This document shows, piece by piece, positions 51,007-59,358 of a stretch of DNA of 64,000 nt. The stretch is taken from NCBI GenBank assembly GCA_964467475.1, contig CAYXQO010000008.1:490-64489 (forward strand). Reading direction: 5' to 3'. A model generated the notes under the pieces. It ran no database searches, was not told the DNA's origin, and was given only the letters and a program-made list of their open reading frames with translations. Numbering within the stretch: position 1 is the stretch's first letter; every line of letters starts with the position of its first letter. The position numbers were made by a program, and so were the translations under genes. The DNA comes from an uncultured Syntrophomonadaceae bacterium. GTDB taxonomy: Bacteria; Bacillota; Dethiobacteria; DTU022.

Positions 51007-51035
51007 ATAATAGCATGGTCTGCCTGTTATGTCAA
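51007..51035 (-). promoter_or_regulatory. Near-consensus sigmaA promoter driving the candidate ncRNA
   Basis: TTGACA-17-TATTAT with extended -10 TG; 6 nt separate it from the A at 51000. Confidence 0.8.
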
Positions 51036-51245
51036 TAGTTTTTTTAATATTTTTTTTAAAAAAATTATTGGATTATTTTACCTGCCTCCCTGTGCCCTAA
51101 ATAGAAGCAAAAGCCTGACTTACAAATTTAAACTACCGGCTTTTTGCAAAAAAAAAGAAGGTGAAAACACCTAAAAAACAGAAATTTAACTTCAAGAAAG
51201 TAGTATATTCACGAAGGAACTGTATTTTTGCAGGAGGTGCCTCTA

Positions 51246-52559
51246 GTGTCTGGAGCTGAAAAACTGGAAAGGAAGTATGTTTTGCGCCCCTGGTCGGTCC
51301 AGGGGACGATGCCTTACGATGAAATTACCGGTGGGGAAGGCTGCTGGTTCTGGAACCGGGAAGGAAAAAAATACCTGGACTTTTCCTCGCAGTGGGTGAA
51401 CACCAATATCGGACACCAGCACCCGAAAGTGGTGGAAGCGATTAAAGAGCAGGCAGAAAAGCTTTGCTTTATCGCTCCTAATTTTGGCAGTGAACCCCGG
51501 GCGAAACTGGCTGAAAAAGTTATCCGGTACACCCCGGGAGACTTAAACAAAGTATTTTTTACTTTAGGCGGTGGAGAATCGAACGATAATGCCATTAACC
51601 TGGTTCGCCAGGTAACCGGGCGCTATAAAGTGATGAGCCGCTACCGATCCTACCATGGCTCCACTCTAGGCGGGCTCAGTATAAGCGGCGATCCCAGGAG
51701 GATCTCAGCGGAACCGCTCATGCCCGGTGTAGTCCGTTTCTTCGACCCGTACTGCTACCGCTGCAGTTTCGGCCAGAGTTACCCGGGTTGCAAGCTGGAA
51801 TGCGCCGAACATGTCCGGGAAATGATGCTTTATGAAGGACCTGAAAGTATAGCTGCTGTTTTTGTCGAACCGGTAACCGGAACAAATGGTGTCTTTATCC
51901 CTCCGAAAGAATACCTGCCCCGCTTAAGAGAAATTTGTAATGAATTTGGCGTGCTGCTGGTAGCCGATGAGGTTATGTCGGGCTGGGGTCGCACCGGTGA
52001 ATGGTTTGGTGTGGATAACTGGAATGTAGTCCCTGATGTGATTACCATGGCCAAGGGAATTACTCAAGGGTACGTCCCCCTGGGAGCAATCGTGGTCAAC
52101 CAAAAAATTGCCGATTATTACGAGGATAAAATGTTCATGTACGGACTCACTTACAGCGGGCATCCCCTGGCCTGTGCCGCCGGCATAGCCACCATCGAAG
52201 TATTTGAAGAAGAAAATATCCTTGGTAATGCAAAGCAGATGGGAGAAAAGCTTTCAAGCGGCTTGCAGGAACTAAAAGATAATCATCCAGCCATCGGTGA
52301 TGTGCGCTCAATCGGGCTTTTTTCAGCGATTGAACTGGTAAAAAACCGGGAGACCAGAGACCCCCTGGCTCCCTGGAACGGGCCGGATCCGGGGATCATG
52401 GGCCGGGTCAAGGAGTGCCTTCGTGAAAAGGGCGTTTATGTTTATCTGCGCTGGAATAACCTGTTTATTGCCCCGCCGCTTTCAATTAACGAAGAAGAGC
52501 TAAAATTTGGCCTGGAGGCGGTAGACCGGTGCCTGGAGTTGGCTGACAAAGAAATCTAA
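51246..52559 (+). CDS. Class III PLP aminotransferase (omega-amino acid / taurine:pyruvate-like)
   Basis: YLDFSSQ, SYHGST, EPVTG, ADEVMSGWGRTG, MAKG, TYSGHP. Confidence 0.92.
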   Translation: MSGAEKLERKYVLRPWSVQGTMPYDEITGGEGCWFWNREGKKYLDFSSQWVNTNIGHQHPKVVEAIKEQAEKLCFIAPNFGSEPRAKLAEKVIRYTPGDLNKVFFTLGGGESNDNAINLVRQVTGRYKVMSRYRSYHGSTLGGLSISGDPRRISAEPLMPGVVRFFDPYCYRCSFGQSYPGCKLECAEHVREMMLYEGPESIAAVFVEPVTGTNGVFIPPKEYLPRLREICNEFGVLLVADEVMSGWGRTGEWFGVDNWNVVPDVITMAKGITQGYVPLGAIVVNQKIADYYEDKMFMYGLTYSGHPLACAAGIATIEVFEEENILGNAKQMGEKLSSGLQELKDNHPAIGDVRSIGLFSAIELVKNRETRDPLAPWNGPDPGIMGRVKECLREKGVYVYLRWNNLFIAPPLSINEEELKFGLEAVDRCLELADKEI

Positions 52560-52685
52560 TTAGGTTGTAAGTGGGTCACCGGTTGTGCGTTCATGCAATA
52601 TTTTGCCCAGGTTTTTAATAAATTAGCCTGATTGGCTCCTGGCAGGATATTTTGGCAAAATGCTTAAAAAAATGGACTCATTTTG

Positions 52686-52714
52686 TTGACAAAAGAGTAG
52701 GAATAATTTAAAAT
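52686..52714 (+). promoter_or_regulatory. sigmaA promoter of the tandem-riboswitch leader
   Basis: TTGACA-17-TAAAAT. Confidence 0.75.
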
Positions 52715-52780
52715 ATATATAGATGTAGATGGCTGTATAATTATGGCACCCGGTTGAGTTAGCTTCCGGGGCTACCGGAA

Positions 52781-52885
52781 AAACCTGGACGATAAAGGCA
52801 AACCTGTTGAAAAACAGGGGCGCAAAGCTAAAGGGTCTACGGCTCAACTAAAGAGCTAGGACAGCCTGGCTGCCGAAGCAGGGTT
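52781..52885 (+). promoter_or_regulatory. c-di-GMP-I (GEMM) riboswitch 1
   Basis: GGCAAACC-TGTT-GAAA-AACAGG-GG-CGCAAAGC...GCTGCCGA; G20 (52797), A47 and C92 (52873) equivalents present. Confidence 0.92.
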
Positions 52886-52962
52886 TTTTTATTCAAAAGT
52901 GGAGGTTAAAAGTTGCTTTGGCCTGGAACTGGCTTATGAAAAGGCCGTTTCCGGGCAAAAAA

Positions 52963-53058
52963 ACCTGACCGACAAAGGCAAACCTGTCGAAAGGCAGGGA
53001 CGCAAAGTTCAGGGTCTAAGGCTCAGTTTATGAGCTACGATAGCCTGACTGCCGAAAC
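52963..53058 (+). promoter_or_regulatory. c-di-GMP-I (GEMM) riboswitch 2 (tandem)
   Basis: GGCAAACC-TGTC-GAAA-GGCAGGG-ACGCAAAG...ACTGCCGA; G20 (52977) and C92 (53052) equivalents present. Confidence 0.93.
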
Positions 53059-53080
53059 TGGTTTTGTTTTACCTTTGTCG

Positions 53081-53106
53081 GTCCCTCATGAAGGAGGGAC
53101 TTTTTT
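53081..53106 (+). terminator. Riboswitch expression-platform terminator that also hides the SD
   Basis: GTCCCTC-ATGAAG-GAGGGAC-TTTTTT; AAGGAGG (53091-53097) lies in the loop and 3' arm; GTG start at 53107. Confidence 0.85.
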
Positions 53107-54336
53107 GTGACAAAAAATGATTTTTTATTAAATGGTAACTTCTTTTTTCCCGCAGTGTTTTCCGGTCTAGTTTCAGCCTGGAAGAACAAAGTCTATGTTT
53201 TCTTTGCCTCGCTGATCCTGCTTTTATTTTTAAGCATACCCGCCAGGGCGGCTGTGGAAGAATTTATTGTTAAGGCTGATGATGGTGTTTACAGCAAATT
53301 TTCTTATGAAGAGCTTCTAGACTCTTACGCCCTGAAGTTGATGGGCAAAGAAGGAGCGCTCTACGAAGAGTTTGCAGCAAAAGAGGTTGTCGCCCTTAAA
53401 ATATCCGGGCACGGCTATTTTGATTACAAAGATATTCTCGATTATTATGCCGGATCTTTAAGCAACGGCGATAAGTTTGATTTGCTACAGTATGCTGGTA
53501 ACGGTAATGCCAGGCAGGCCGAATTACCGGGGAATATTGAGACGGTTTCCCCCTCCGGTGGAGAAATCCCGGCCGGTGATGCAGGTCCAGAAGGTGATAT
53601 AAAAGAGGAAAAAGATGAGGAATTGGGGTTAGATGAAAGATCTGGTAATGAAAAAGAAAAGAATGATAATGACAAAGAGGAGGAACGGGAAGAAGAAAGC
53701 AGCCGGGATGAAGAATCTGATGATGAAGGAAGTAACGAAGAGAAAGAAAATAAAGAAGAGGAAATAGAAGAGGAGGAGAAAGAAGGGGAAGATAAAGAAG
53801 AAGAAAATAAAAATGAAGATGATTCGGAACCGGGATCATCCGGTGAAGAAACTCAGATCCTGGGGCAGGCTGAAGTCAGCTTGGATGAGGCTGTAAGCTG
53901 GGCCCAATCCAACAATGCTCATCAAAGATATGTAGATGCTGCCCCTTATTACTGGGAGTTTGGTGAAAAGACCGGGATTCGCCCGGAAGTACTTTATGCT
54001 CAGGCGGCGTACGAAACCGGGTTTGGGCGTTTTGGCGGAATTGTTCCGGCGGAGTACAATAACTGGGCAGGTATCAAAAAAGGCGGGGTTAATGGTGACG
54101 AGCCCGAAGACCATGAAGAATTTGCCTCTCCTGAAGACGGGGTCAGAGCTCATTTTAACCATATGGGTGCCTATGTCGGAATTTCTCCGGTTGGTGAAAC
54201 CCACGACCGCTATGACTCTGCTACCCGGATGTCCTGGGCCGGAAAGGTGGAAACAGTTGAGGATTTAAGCGGTAAGTGGGCCCCTTCTGATTCATACCAC
54301 GAACGCATTGTGGAGATGATTGACGAAATGAAATAA
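53107..54336 (+). CDS. Secreted glucosaminidase (GH73-like) with uncharacterised N-domain and acidic linker
   Basis: Signal peptide; E/K/D-rich linker; RPEVLYAQAAYETGFG...NNWAGIK...EDGVRAH. Confidence 0.85.
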   Translation: MTKNDFLLNGNFFFPAVFSGLVSAWKNKVYVFFASLILLLFLSIPARAAVEEFIVKADDGVYSKFSYEELLDSYALKLMGKEGALYEEFAAKEVVALKISGHGYFDYKDILDYYAGSLSNGDKFDLLQYAGNGNARQAELPGNIETVSPSGGEIPAGDAGPEGDIKEEKDEELGLDERSGNEKEKNDNDKEEEREEESSRDEESDDEGSNEEKENKEEEIEEEEKEGEDKEEENKNEDDSEPGSSGEETQILGQAEVSLDEAVSWAQSNNAHQRYVDAAPYYWEFGEKTGIRPEVLYAQAAYETGFGRFGGIVPAEYNNWAGIKKGGVNGDEPEDHEEFASPEDGVRAHFNHMGAYVGISPVGETHDRYDSATRMSWAGKVETVEDLSGKWAPSDSYHERIVEMIDEMK

Positions 54337-54428
54337 AGCTTGCCCAGTATATTATGCATTAAGAGTAAATGCCGGGTTTTATTAAAAGTTTTTAAGGTTG
54401 ATCAAGAAGAGAATTAACTTTAAATAAA

Positions 54429-54456
54429 AAAGGGGGCTACAGAAACCGCCCCCTTT
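54429..54456. terminator. Bidirectional terminator
   Basis: AAAGGGGGC...GCCCCCTTT between convergent genes. Confidence 0.7.
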
Positions 54457-54479
54457 ATAATCTTAAATTGCTTCGGTTG

Positions 54480-55028
54480 TTACTTTTCCCTGGGCATGCA
54501 AATTATTTCCTTGATTGTAGTGTTGAAAAACTGGTTGGAGTGATCCGGTACAAGCACACAGGCAGCGTCTGCGCCACCACCTGTGCCACCGACAGCGATA
54601 ATTTCTTCGCCATGGGGGATCAGGCCGGCATCCAAAGCCATCACGCTTACCTCGACACCTACTTTAATTCCCTGTCCGAAGATGCGCAAGGATGCTGATA
54701 TAATTTCAGCCGGGTAAACCCCCTCGAACTTAAAGCGCAAGGCCCGATCGACTCCTGCAAGCAAGTGGGTTGTAGTTAGTACCTTAATCCCTTGTTCCTG
54801 CAATTTTTTACGGGTTTCCAGCTCCATTTCATCTGCCCCGGGGCCCTTGAATCCTACATGGTGGGTAACACATACCACTTCAAGCCCTTTCCCGGCGAAC
54901 AACTCTGCCGTCGCTCCACTGTTGGATGCCACGACCACGTGATTGATCCCCAGTTCTTTTGCCCGCTTACAAACTGCATCCACAGTTGCCTCAGTATTTT
55001 TAGCGCCCTTTTTCTGCCAGTAATGCAT
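54480..55028 (-). CDS. Stand-alone pyruvate kinase C-terminal (PK_C, COG1751-type) protein
   Basis: NTEATV, VVVASNSGATA, VTHHVGF, FGQGIKV, IAVGGTGGGAD. Confidence 0.85.
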   Translation of the reverse strand: MHYWQKKGAKNTEATVDAVCKRAKELGINHVVVASNSGATAELFAGKGLEVVCVTHHVGFKGPGADEMELETRKKLQEQGIKVLTTTHLLAGVDRALRFKFEGVYPAEIISASLRIFGQGIKVGVEVSVMALDAGLIPHGEEIIAVGGTGGGADAACVLVPDHSNQFFNTTIKEIICMPREK

Positions 55029-55283
55029 GCTTAAAACCTCCGTTTCATGATTTGTTTTTTACTCCCCGGTTTTATTAATAATTCTTCAGGGAATTTAAAT
55101 TTCCTATTAATTTCTTTAGGGTAACATATGGAGGATTTGGGTGCAGCTGTAAAACTTATAATATAAACGGTAATAATGGAAAAAAATTAATTATGCAGGC
55201 AGGATTTAGAGTATTTGATTTAGAATAATATGTTCGCCACAAGCAGTTATGTTTAAATTTTGAGGGGATTTGCATTAATTATG

Positions 55284-55312
55284 TTGACAAATGCTAAACG
55301 GGCTGATAATAT
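55284..55312 (+). promoter_or_regulatory. sigmaA promoter upstream of riboswitch 3
   Basis: TTGACA-17-TAATAT with extended -10 TG. Confidence 0.65.
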
Positions 55313-55370
55313 TATTATGAAAAATTAGAAATATTTGTTGTGTGTTAATAAATTTAAACGTGCTTTGGCG

Positions 55371-55473
55371 AACCTGACCGAGAAGGGCAAACCTGTTGAA
55401 AGGCAGAGGGCGCAAAGCTATAGGGCCTAAGGCTTTATCCAAAGCTAAGGCAGCCTGGCTGACGAAGCAGGTT
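55371..55473 (+). promoter_or_regulatory. c-di-GMP-I-class riboswitch 3 (variant: C92A and a 1-nt P2 insertion)
   Basis: GGGCAAACC-TGTT-GAAA-GGCAG-A-GGG-CGCAAAGCTATAGGGCC...GCTGACGA. Confidence 0.85.
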
Positions 55474-55523
55474 TATTCGTATCTCTTTTTTTAGGCTGAC
55501 TGTCGGGTTAGGAGGTTTCCTGG

Positions 55524-57092
55524 ATGAGCAGGGCGATGTGGCGTAAAAAAAAGCGCAGAAAAAAAATCAAACTTAATCCCACTATCTTGGTCGGCTTTGC
55601 CACCGTAGTGCTGGTTGCAACTGTACTGGCTCTGGTGTTAACGGACAGTTTTGGGGTAGCTTCTTCACTGCGCCAGGTATTTGCCACCAGCAGTGTAGAT
55701 ATGGTTGATGAAGACGGAACCGAAGTGATTGACGGGGACTATACCATAGATTCTCCCGGCGTGAGACTGGAAGATGTGCGTATTACAGGTGATTTGCATC
55801 TAGCTTCCGGTATTGGCGATGGGGAAGTGGATTTGGTCGACGTTACCGTGGAAGGAGCAGTCCTGGTCCAGGGTGGCGGGGTCAAATCTATTTTTATGCT
55901 CAACTGTGATTTTGCGGAAGTCAAGGTAAACAGGCCTGACGGGCGAGTGCGTTTGGTCGCCTCCGGTGAAACAATTATCGACCAGGTCAGCCTGGAGACA
56001 GGAACAAGAGTGGTGGAAAACCTTTCAGGTGGAACAGACGGCATCCGCTCTGTAGAGGTTAAGACCGATGAAAAAATTGAACTCGGCGGAGAATTTGAAA
56101 CGATTAAAGTAGCGGTGCAGGATGCCAAAGTAGTCATAGACAGTGAGAAAATAGAGCATTTGCGAGTAGACAGCAATGCTTCCGGATGCACTTTTGAATA
56201 TCCGGATGGTATGGTGATTGAGAATATGCGCCTTCAAGGAACTACTTATCTTTTTGGTCGCGCAGAAGTAAATCAGGCCCTTATTTCGGCTTCCGGGGTT
56301 TCGGAATTGGAAGGCAATTTCAACCAGCTCAGGGTGACCTCTGAAGCCGGTAAATTTGAATTGATCGAAGGGTCATATTTTAAAGAATTAGATGTAGCCA
56401 AGGATGCTCTGAACAATGTTTTCAGTGCAGGGGAAGATGTGATTATTGATTACCTGGTTTTAAACGAGGCTATCACCATGCAAGGTGCCGGCACGATTGA
56501 AAGTGTCCTGGTGAATGCTGCCGGTTCTACCCTGGAACAAATCCCTGAAGAAATCGAGTTTACCGGAGAAGTAAGTATAATTATTGACGGTCACGAGATA
56601 TCAAGCCCGGAAATGCTTAAAGCTTTGCTTGAACATGGTGATCCCCATTATACTACAGCGGATACCGCTGATGTGGGGATTGAAGAAAGCGAACCTGAAC
56701 CCGATCCCGAACCTGATCCGGAGCCTCCAGAAGAAGCGGAGTCGGAAGAAGAGCCTGAACCTGAAGTTGAATCAGACGATGAAGGTGTTGAAGAAGAGGA
56801 TAGCGATGTTGCTGCCGGCGGTGAAGGCGATGAAGAAAGGGAAACGATCCCAGACTTTGCATTAGACATTGTGATTCCGAGCCAGGAAGAAAGAGACCGG
56901 TTGTCGTTGCATGGTAAAAACTTGGTTTATATCTCTTTGCAAACTGACAACCCGGAAGAATATATAGTAGTGATACCGGGACTGGAAATAAGGTACTTAG
57001 AAGATGTGCAACTGTTTTACGGGGTAGTCGATGAAAGCGTGGAAGAAGCTGCTTTAAAAGAAGATCTTACTGTCCAAAGTAGGAATGAATAA
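55524..57092 (+). CDS. Membrane-anchored surface protein with S-layer-associated beta-solenoid-like domain and acidic Pro/Glu linker
   Basis: Basic N-terminus plus TM; GDYTI...GIGDGEVDL..VTVEG.V.V.GGG..SI repeats; EPEPDPEPDPEP tract. Confidence 0.72.
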   Translation: MSRAMWRKKKRRKKIKLNPTILVGFATVVLVATVLALVLTDSFGVASSLRQVFATSSVDMVDEDGTEVIDGDYTIDSPGVRLEDVRITGDLHLASGIGDGEVDLVDVTVEGAVLVQGGGVKSIFMLNCDFAEVKVNRPDGRVRLVASGETIIDQVSLETGTRVVENLSGGTDGIRSVEVKTDEKIELGGEFETIKVAVQDAKVVIDSEKIEHLRVDSNASGCTFEYPDGMVIENMRLQGTTYLFGRAEVNQALISASGVSELEGNFNQLRVTSEAGKFELIEGSYFKELDVAKDALNNVFSAGEDVIIDYLVLNEAITMQGAGTIESVLVNAAGSTLEQIPEEIEFTGEVSIIIDGHEISSPEMLKALLEHGDPHYTTADTADVGIEESEPEPDPEPDPEPPEEAESEEEPEPEVESDDEGVEEEDSDVAAGGEGDEERETIPDFALDIVIPSQEERDRLSLHGKNLVYISLQTDNPEEYIVVIPGLEIRYLEDVQLFYGVVDESVEEAALKEDLTVQSRNE

Positions 57093-57116
57093 AGCTGATT
57101 GACCGGAGGTGCGCCG

Positions 57117-58973
57117 GTGCTGGATTATTTGAAGAAAACAAGTCTGATTGTAACAGCGGTTTTAGCCCTGTTATTTTGGGTTGCCTCACCCGTGGAAGCT
57201 GCCGTGAAAGCATTTGTCGTTACAAACGACCAGGGCAGTTATTATGAATACAACTACGAAGATCTACTTGATGCCTATGCTTTGAAACTCGTAGGTGATT
57301 CAAATGGTTTTTACGAGGATTATGCTGAGAAAGAATTGTATGCCCTGGTTAATCATGACGGAGAACATATTGATTACAAGGATGTGCTTGATCGTTATGC
57401 CGAAGCGATTGCCTTAGGAGAGAGGTTTGATTTAGAAGAATATATTACCGGTGATCAAGCCAAGAAACTTGAGATTTCTAAAGAAATCAATTCTATAACC
57501 CCGGACTCCGACAAAGTGGCAACTTCCGGGGGAGCCTCTACCATCAGCAATCCCGGAATGGACTTAGGAGATTTGTTGGCGGAGTTTGATCCCCCGGGTT
57601 CGCGATCACCGATTGTCGGTGCGGCAGGTGTCATGGAAGAACAGGCGATGAAATGGGCAGAGGAAAATAATGCGGCAGAGGAATTGCTAGAGCTTGTCCC
57701 GCTTTACTGGGAGTACTCCGAAAAAACTGGGATGCGGCCGGAAGTGCTTTTTGCTCAGGCCGCCCTGGAAACTAACCTGGGCCATTACAGCGATGAAGTT
57801 CCTTCTGACCGGCATAACTATGCCGGGATTTTAAAAGGTGACGCTAAAGAAGACGATCCGGAAAACTATGAAAAATTTGAAGATCCCGAAGAAGGTGTTC
57901 GGGCCCACTATAATCATATGGCCGCTTATACGGGATTAAGCCCGATCGGCGATACCCACGACCGTTATAACGTGGCTGCTGCACAGTCCTGGTCCGGCTC
58001 TGTAATCTATGTCGAGGATTTAAGTGAAAGGTGGTCGCCTTCTGAGGACTATCACCTGTATATCCTGGCCGTTATGGAACAGATAGCAAATACCGAGGTG
58101 GAAAGCCTGAAAGAGGAAGAGCCCGAAGATCCGGAAGATCCCGAAAGAGAGATACCTGAGAAGGACCGGGAAGAAAAAATCGAAGATCTTGAAGACAGGG
58201 AACACGTTGCTGTCGATGTTGCCGATATAACCGTTCTTAATTTGAGAAGTGGGCCGAGCACCGATTACGAAGTTTTAGACCGTTTGGTTAGAGGTACTGT
58301 GCTTGAAGTTACCGCCAATGAGGGAATATGGTTAGAGGTGATTACCCCGGATGATAAAGAAGGCTGGGTCCACGGTGACTATGTCAGGCCGGTTGACTTA
58401 TCGGAAAACCCCTTTGAAGGCAACTACATCATTCTTGATCCTGGACACGGCGGGGCTGATCCAGGGGCTGTCGGGGAAAGCGGACTGATGGAAAAAGAAG
58501 TTACTCTGGCTGTGGCCACTTACCTGGAAGAAATGCTCATTGAAGCCGGGGCCAGGGTGAAAATGACCAGGAGCGGCGATCAAACTGTCAGCAACAGTAA
58601 AAGGGTTGAGCTGGCCAATGAAGAAAATGCCGATGTTTTCGTCAGTATTCATGCCAACGCTTACAGCGATCCCGAGTCAAACGGTATAGAAACCTATTAT
58701 TGCTCCAACAGCGATGAGGGTGATGCCGGTAAATTCCTGGCCCAGCAGCTGCAGCGCGAAATGATTTCCGCGCTCGGTTTAAGAGACCGCGGGGTAAAAA
58801 CTAGGAGCTTCATGGTCTTGAAGGAAACAAAAATGCCCTCGGCCTTAGTGGAAATCGGGTTTGTGTCGAACCCTGATGAAGAAGCGATGCTGGAAAAAGA
58901 AGAAACCAGGGAAAAAGCGGCAGAATCGCTCTTTTACGGGCTTGAAACTTACCTGCGTAAGTTCAGGGAGTAA
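57117..58973 (+). CDS. Bifunctional autolysin: N-domain + glucosaminidase + SH3b + N-acetylmuramoyl-L-alanine amidase (Amidase_3)
   Basis: AQAALET; LNLRSGPSTDY...GWVHGDYV (SH3b); ILDPGHGG, EKEV, SIHAN, VEIGF. Confidence 0.92.
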   Translation: MLDYLKKTSLIVTAVLALLFWVASPVEAAVKAFVVTNDQGSYYEYNYEDLLDAYALKLVGDSNGFYEDYAEKELYALVNHDGEHIDYKDVLDRYAEAIALGERFDLEEYITGDQAKKLEISKEINSITPDSDKVATSGGASTISNPGMDLGDLLAEFDPPGSRSPIVGAAGVMEEQAMKWAEENNAAEELLELVPLYWEYSEKTGMRPEVLFAQAALETNLGHYSDEVPSDRHNYAGILKGDAKEDDPENYEKFEDPEEGVRAHYNHMAAYTGLSPIGDTHDRYNVAAAQSWSGSVIYVEDLSERWSPSEDYHLYILAVMEQIANTEVESLKEEEPEDPEDPEREIPEKDREEKIEDLEDREHVAVDVADITVLNLRSGPSTDYEVLDRLVRGTVLEVTANEGIWLEVITPDDKEGWVHGDYVRPVDLSENPFEGNYIILDPGHGGADPGAVGESGLMEKEVTLAVATYLEEMLIEAGARVKMTRSGDQTVSNSKRVELANEENADVFVSIHANAYSDPESNGIETYYCSNSDEGDAGKFLAQQLQREMISALGLRDRGVKTRSFMVLKETKMPSALVEIGFVSNPDEEAMLEKEETREKAAESLFYGLETYLRKFRE

Positions 58974-59131
58974 TAGGAGATTGTGGATTTATTCGGCAAC
59001 ATATGACAATTTTAGAAACGTAAAGTTAAGTAACCAGTAAAAATAAGTAAAAAAAACTTGATTTATAAGAATTGAAGGTATAAACTTGGATTATACAGGA
59101 ACCAGAATAGAAAAAATTTTACACGAAAAGA

Positions 59132-59156
59132 AGGATATATTATTTTGAAAGAGAAT
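59132..59156 (+). promoter_or_regulatory. sigmaH-type promoter upstream of the cohesin/dockerin cluster
   Basis: AGGA-17-GAAT. Confidence 0.5.
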
Positions 59157-59358
59157 AGGATAAAGGAGAAATTTTTTAAAATAAGGAAAGGTGTCTTTAT
59201 TTGTAGTTTTGATAAGAGTATTTCTTTTCATGGTATATTACTTTGAATAATGGAGGTGAATCAGGATAATAAAAAAGTTATCTGAAATATGTGCTTGCAT
59301 GGTGAAATGCTAGAGAGAGAAATAAGCACAAGATTATTTTTTAAAGGGAGAGAATAAA

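Noticed and set aside
50750-51174. ORFs 50750-50962 and 50959-51174 (+)
   Set aside because: No SD, low-complexity antisense of the ncRNA and promoter region
53590-53830. Tandem repeat or CRISPR-like array
   Set aside because: Low-complexity Glu/Lys/Asp codons inside a coding linker (similar tract at 56680-56830); no repeat-spacer periodicity anywhere in the window
52781-55473. c-AMP-GMP (GEMM-Ib) riboswitches or Hypr-type GGDEF enzymes
   Set aside because: All three aptamers have G at position 20, and all three GGDEF domains keep the Asp in N-D-x-x-G-H-x-x-G-D
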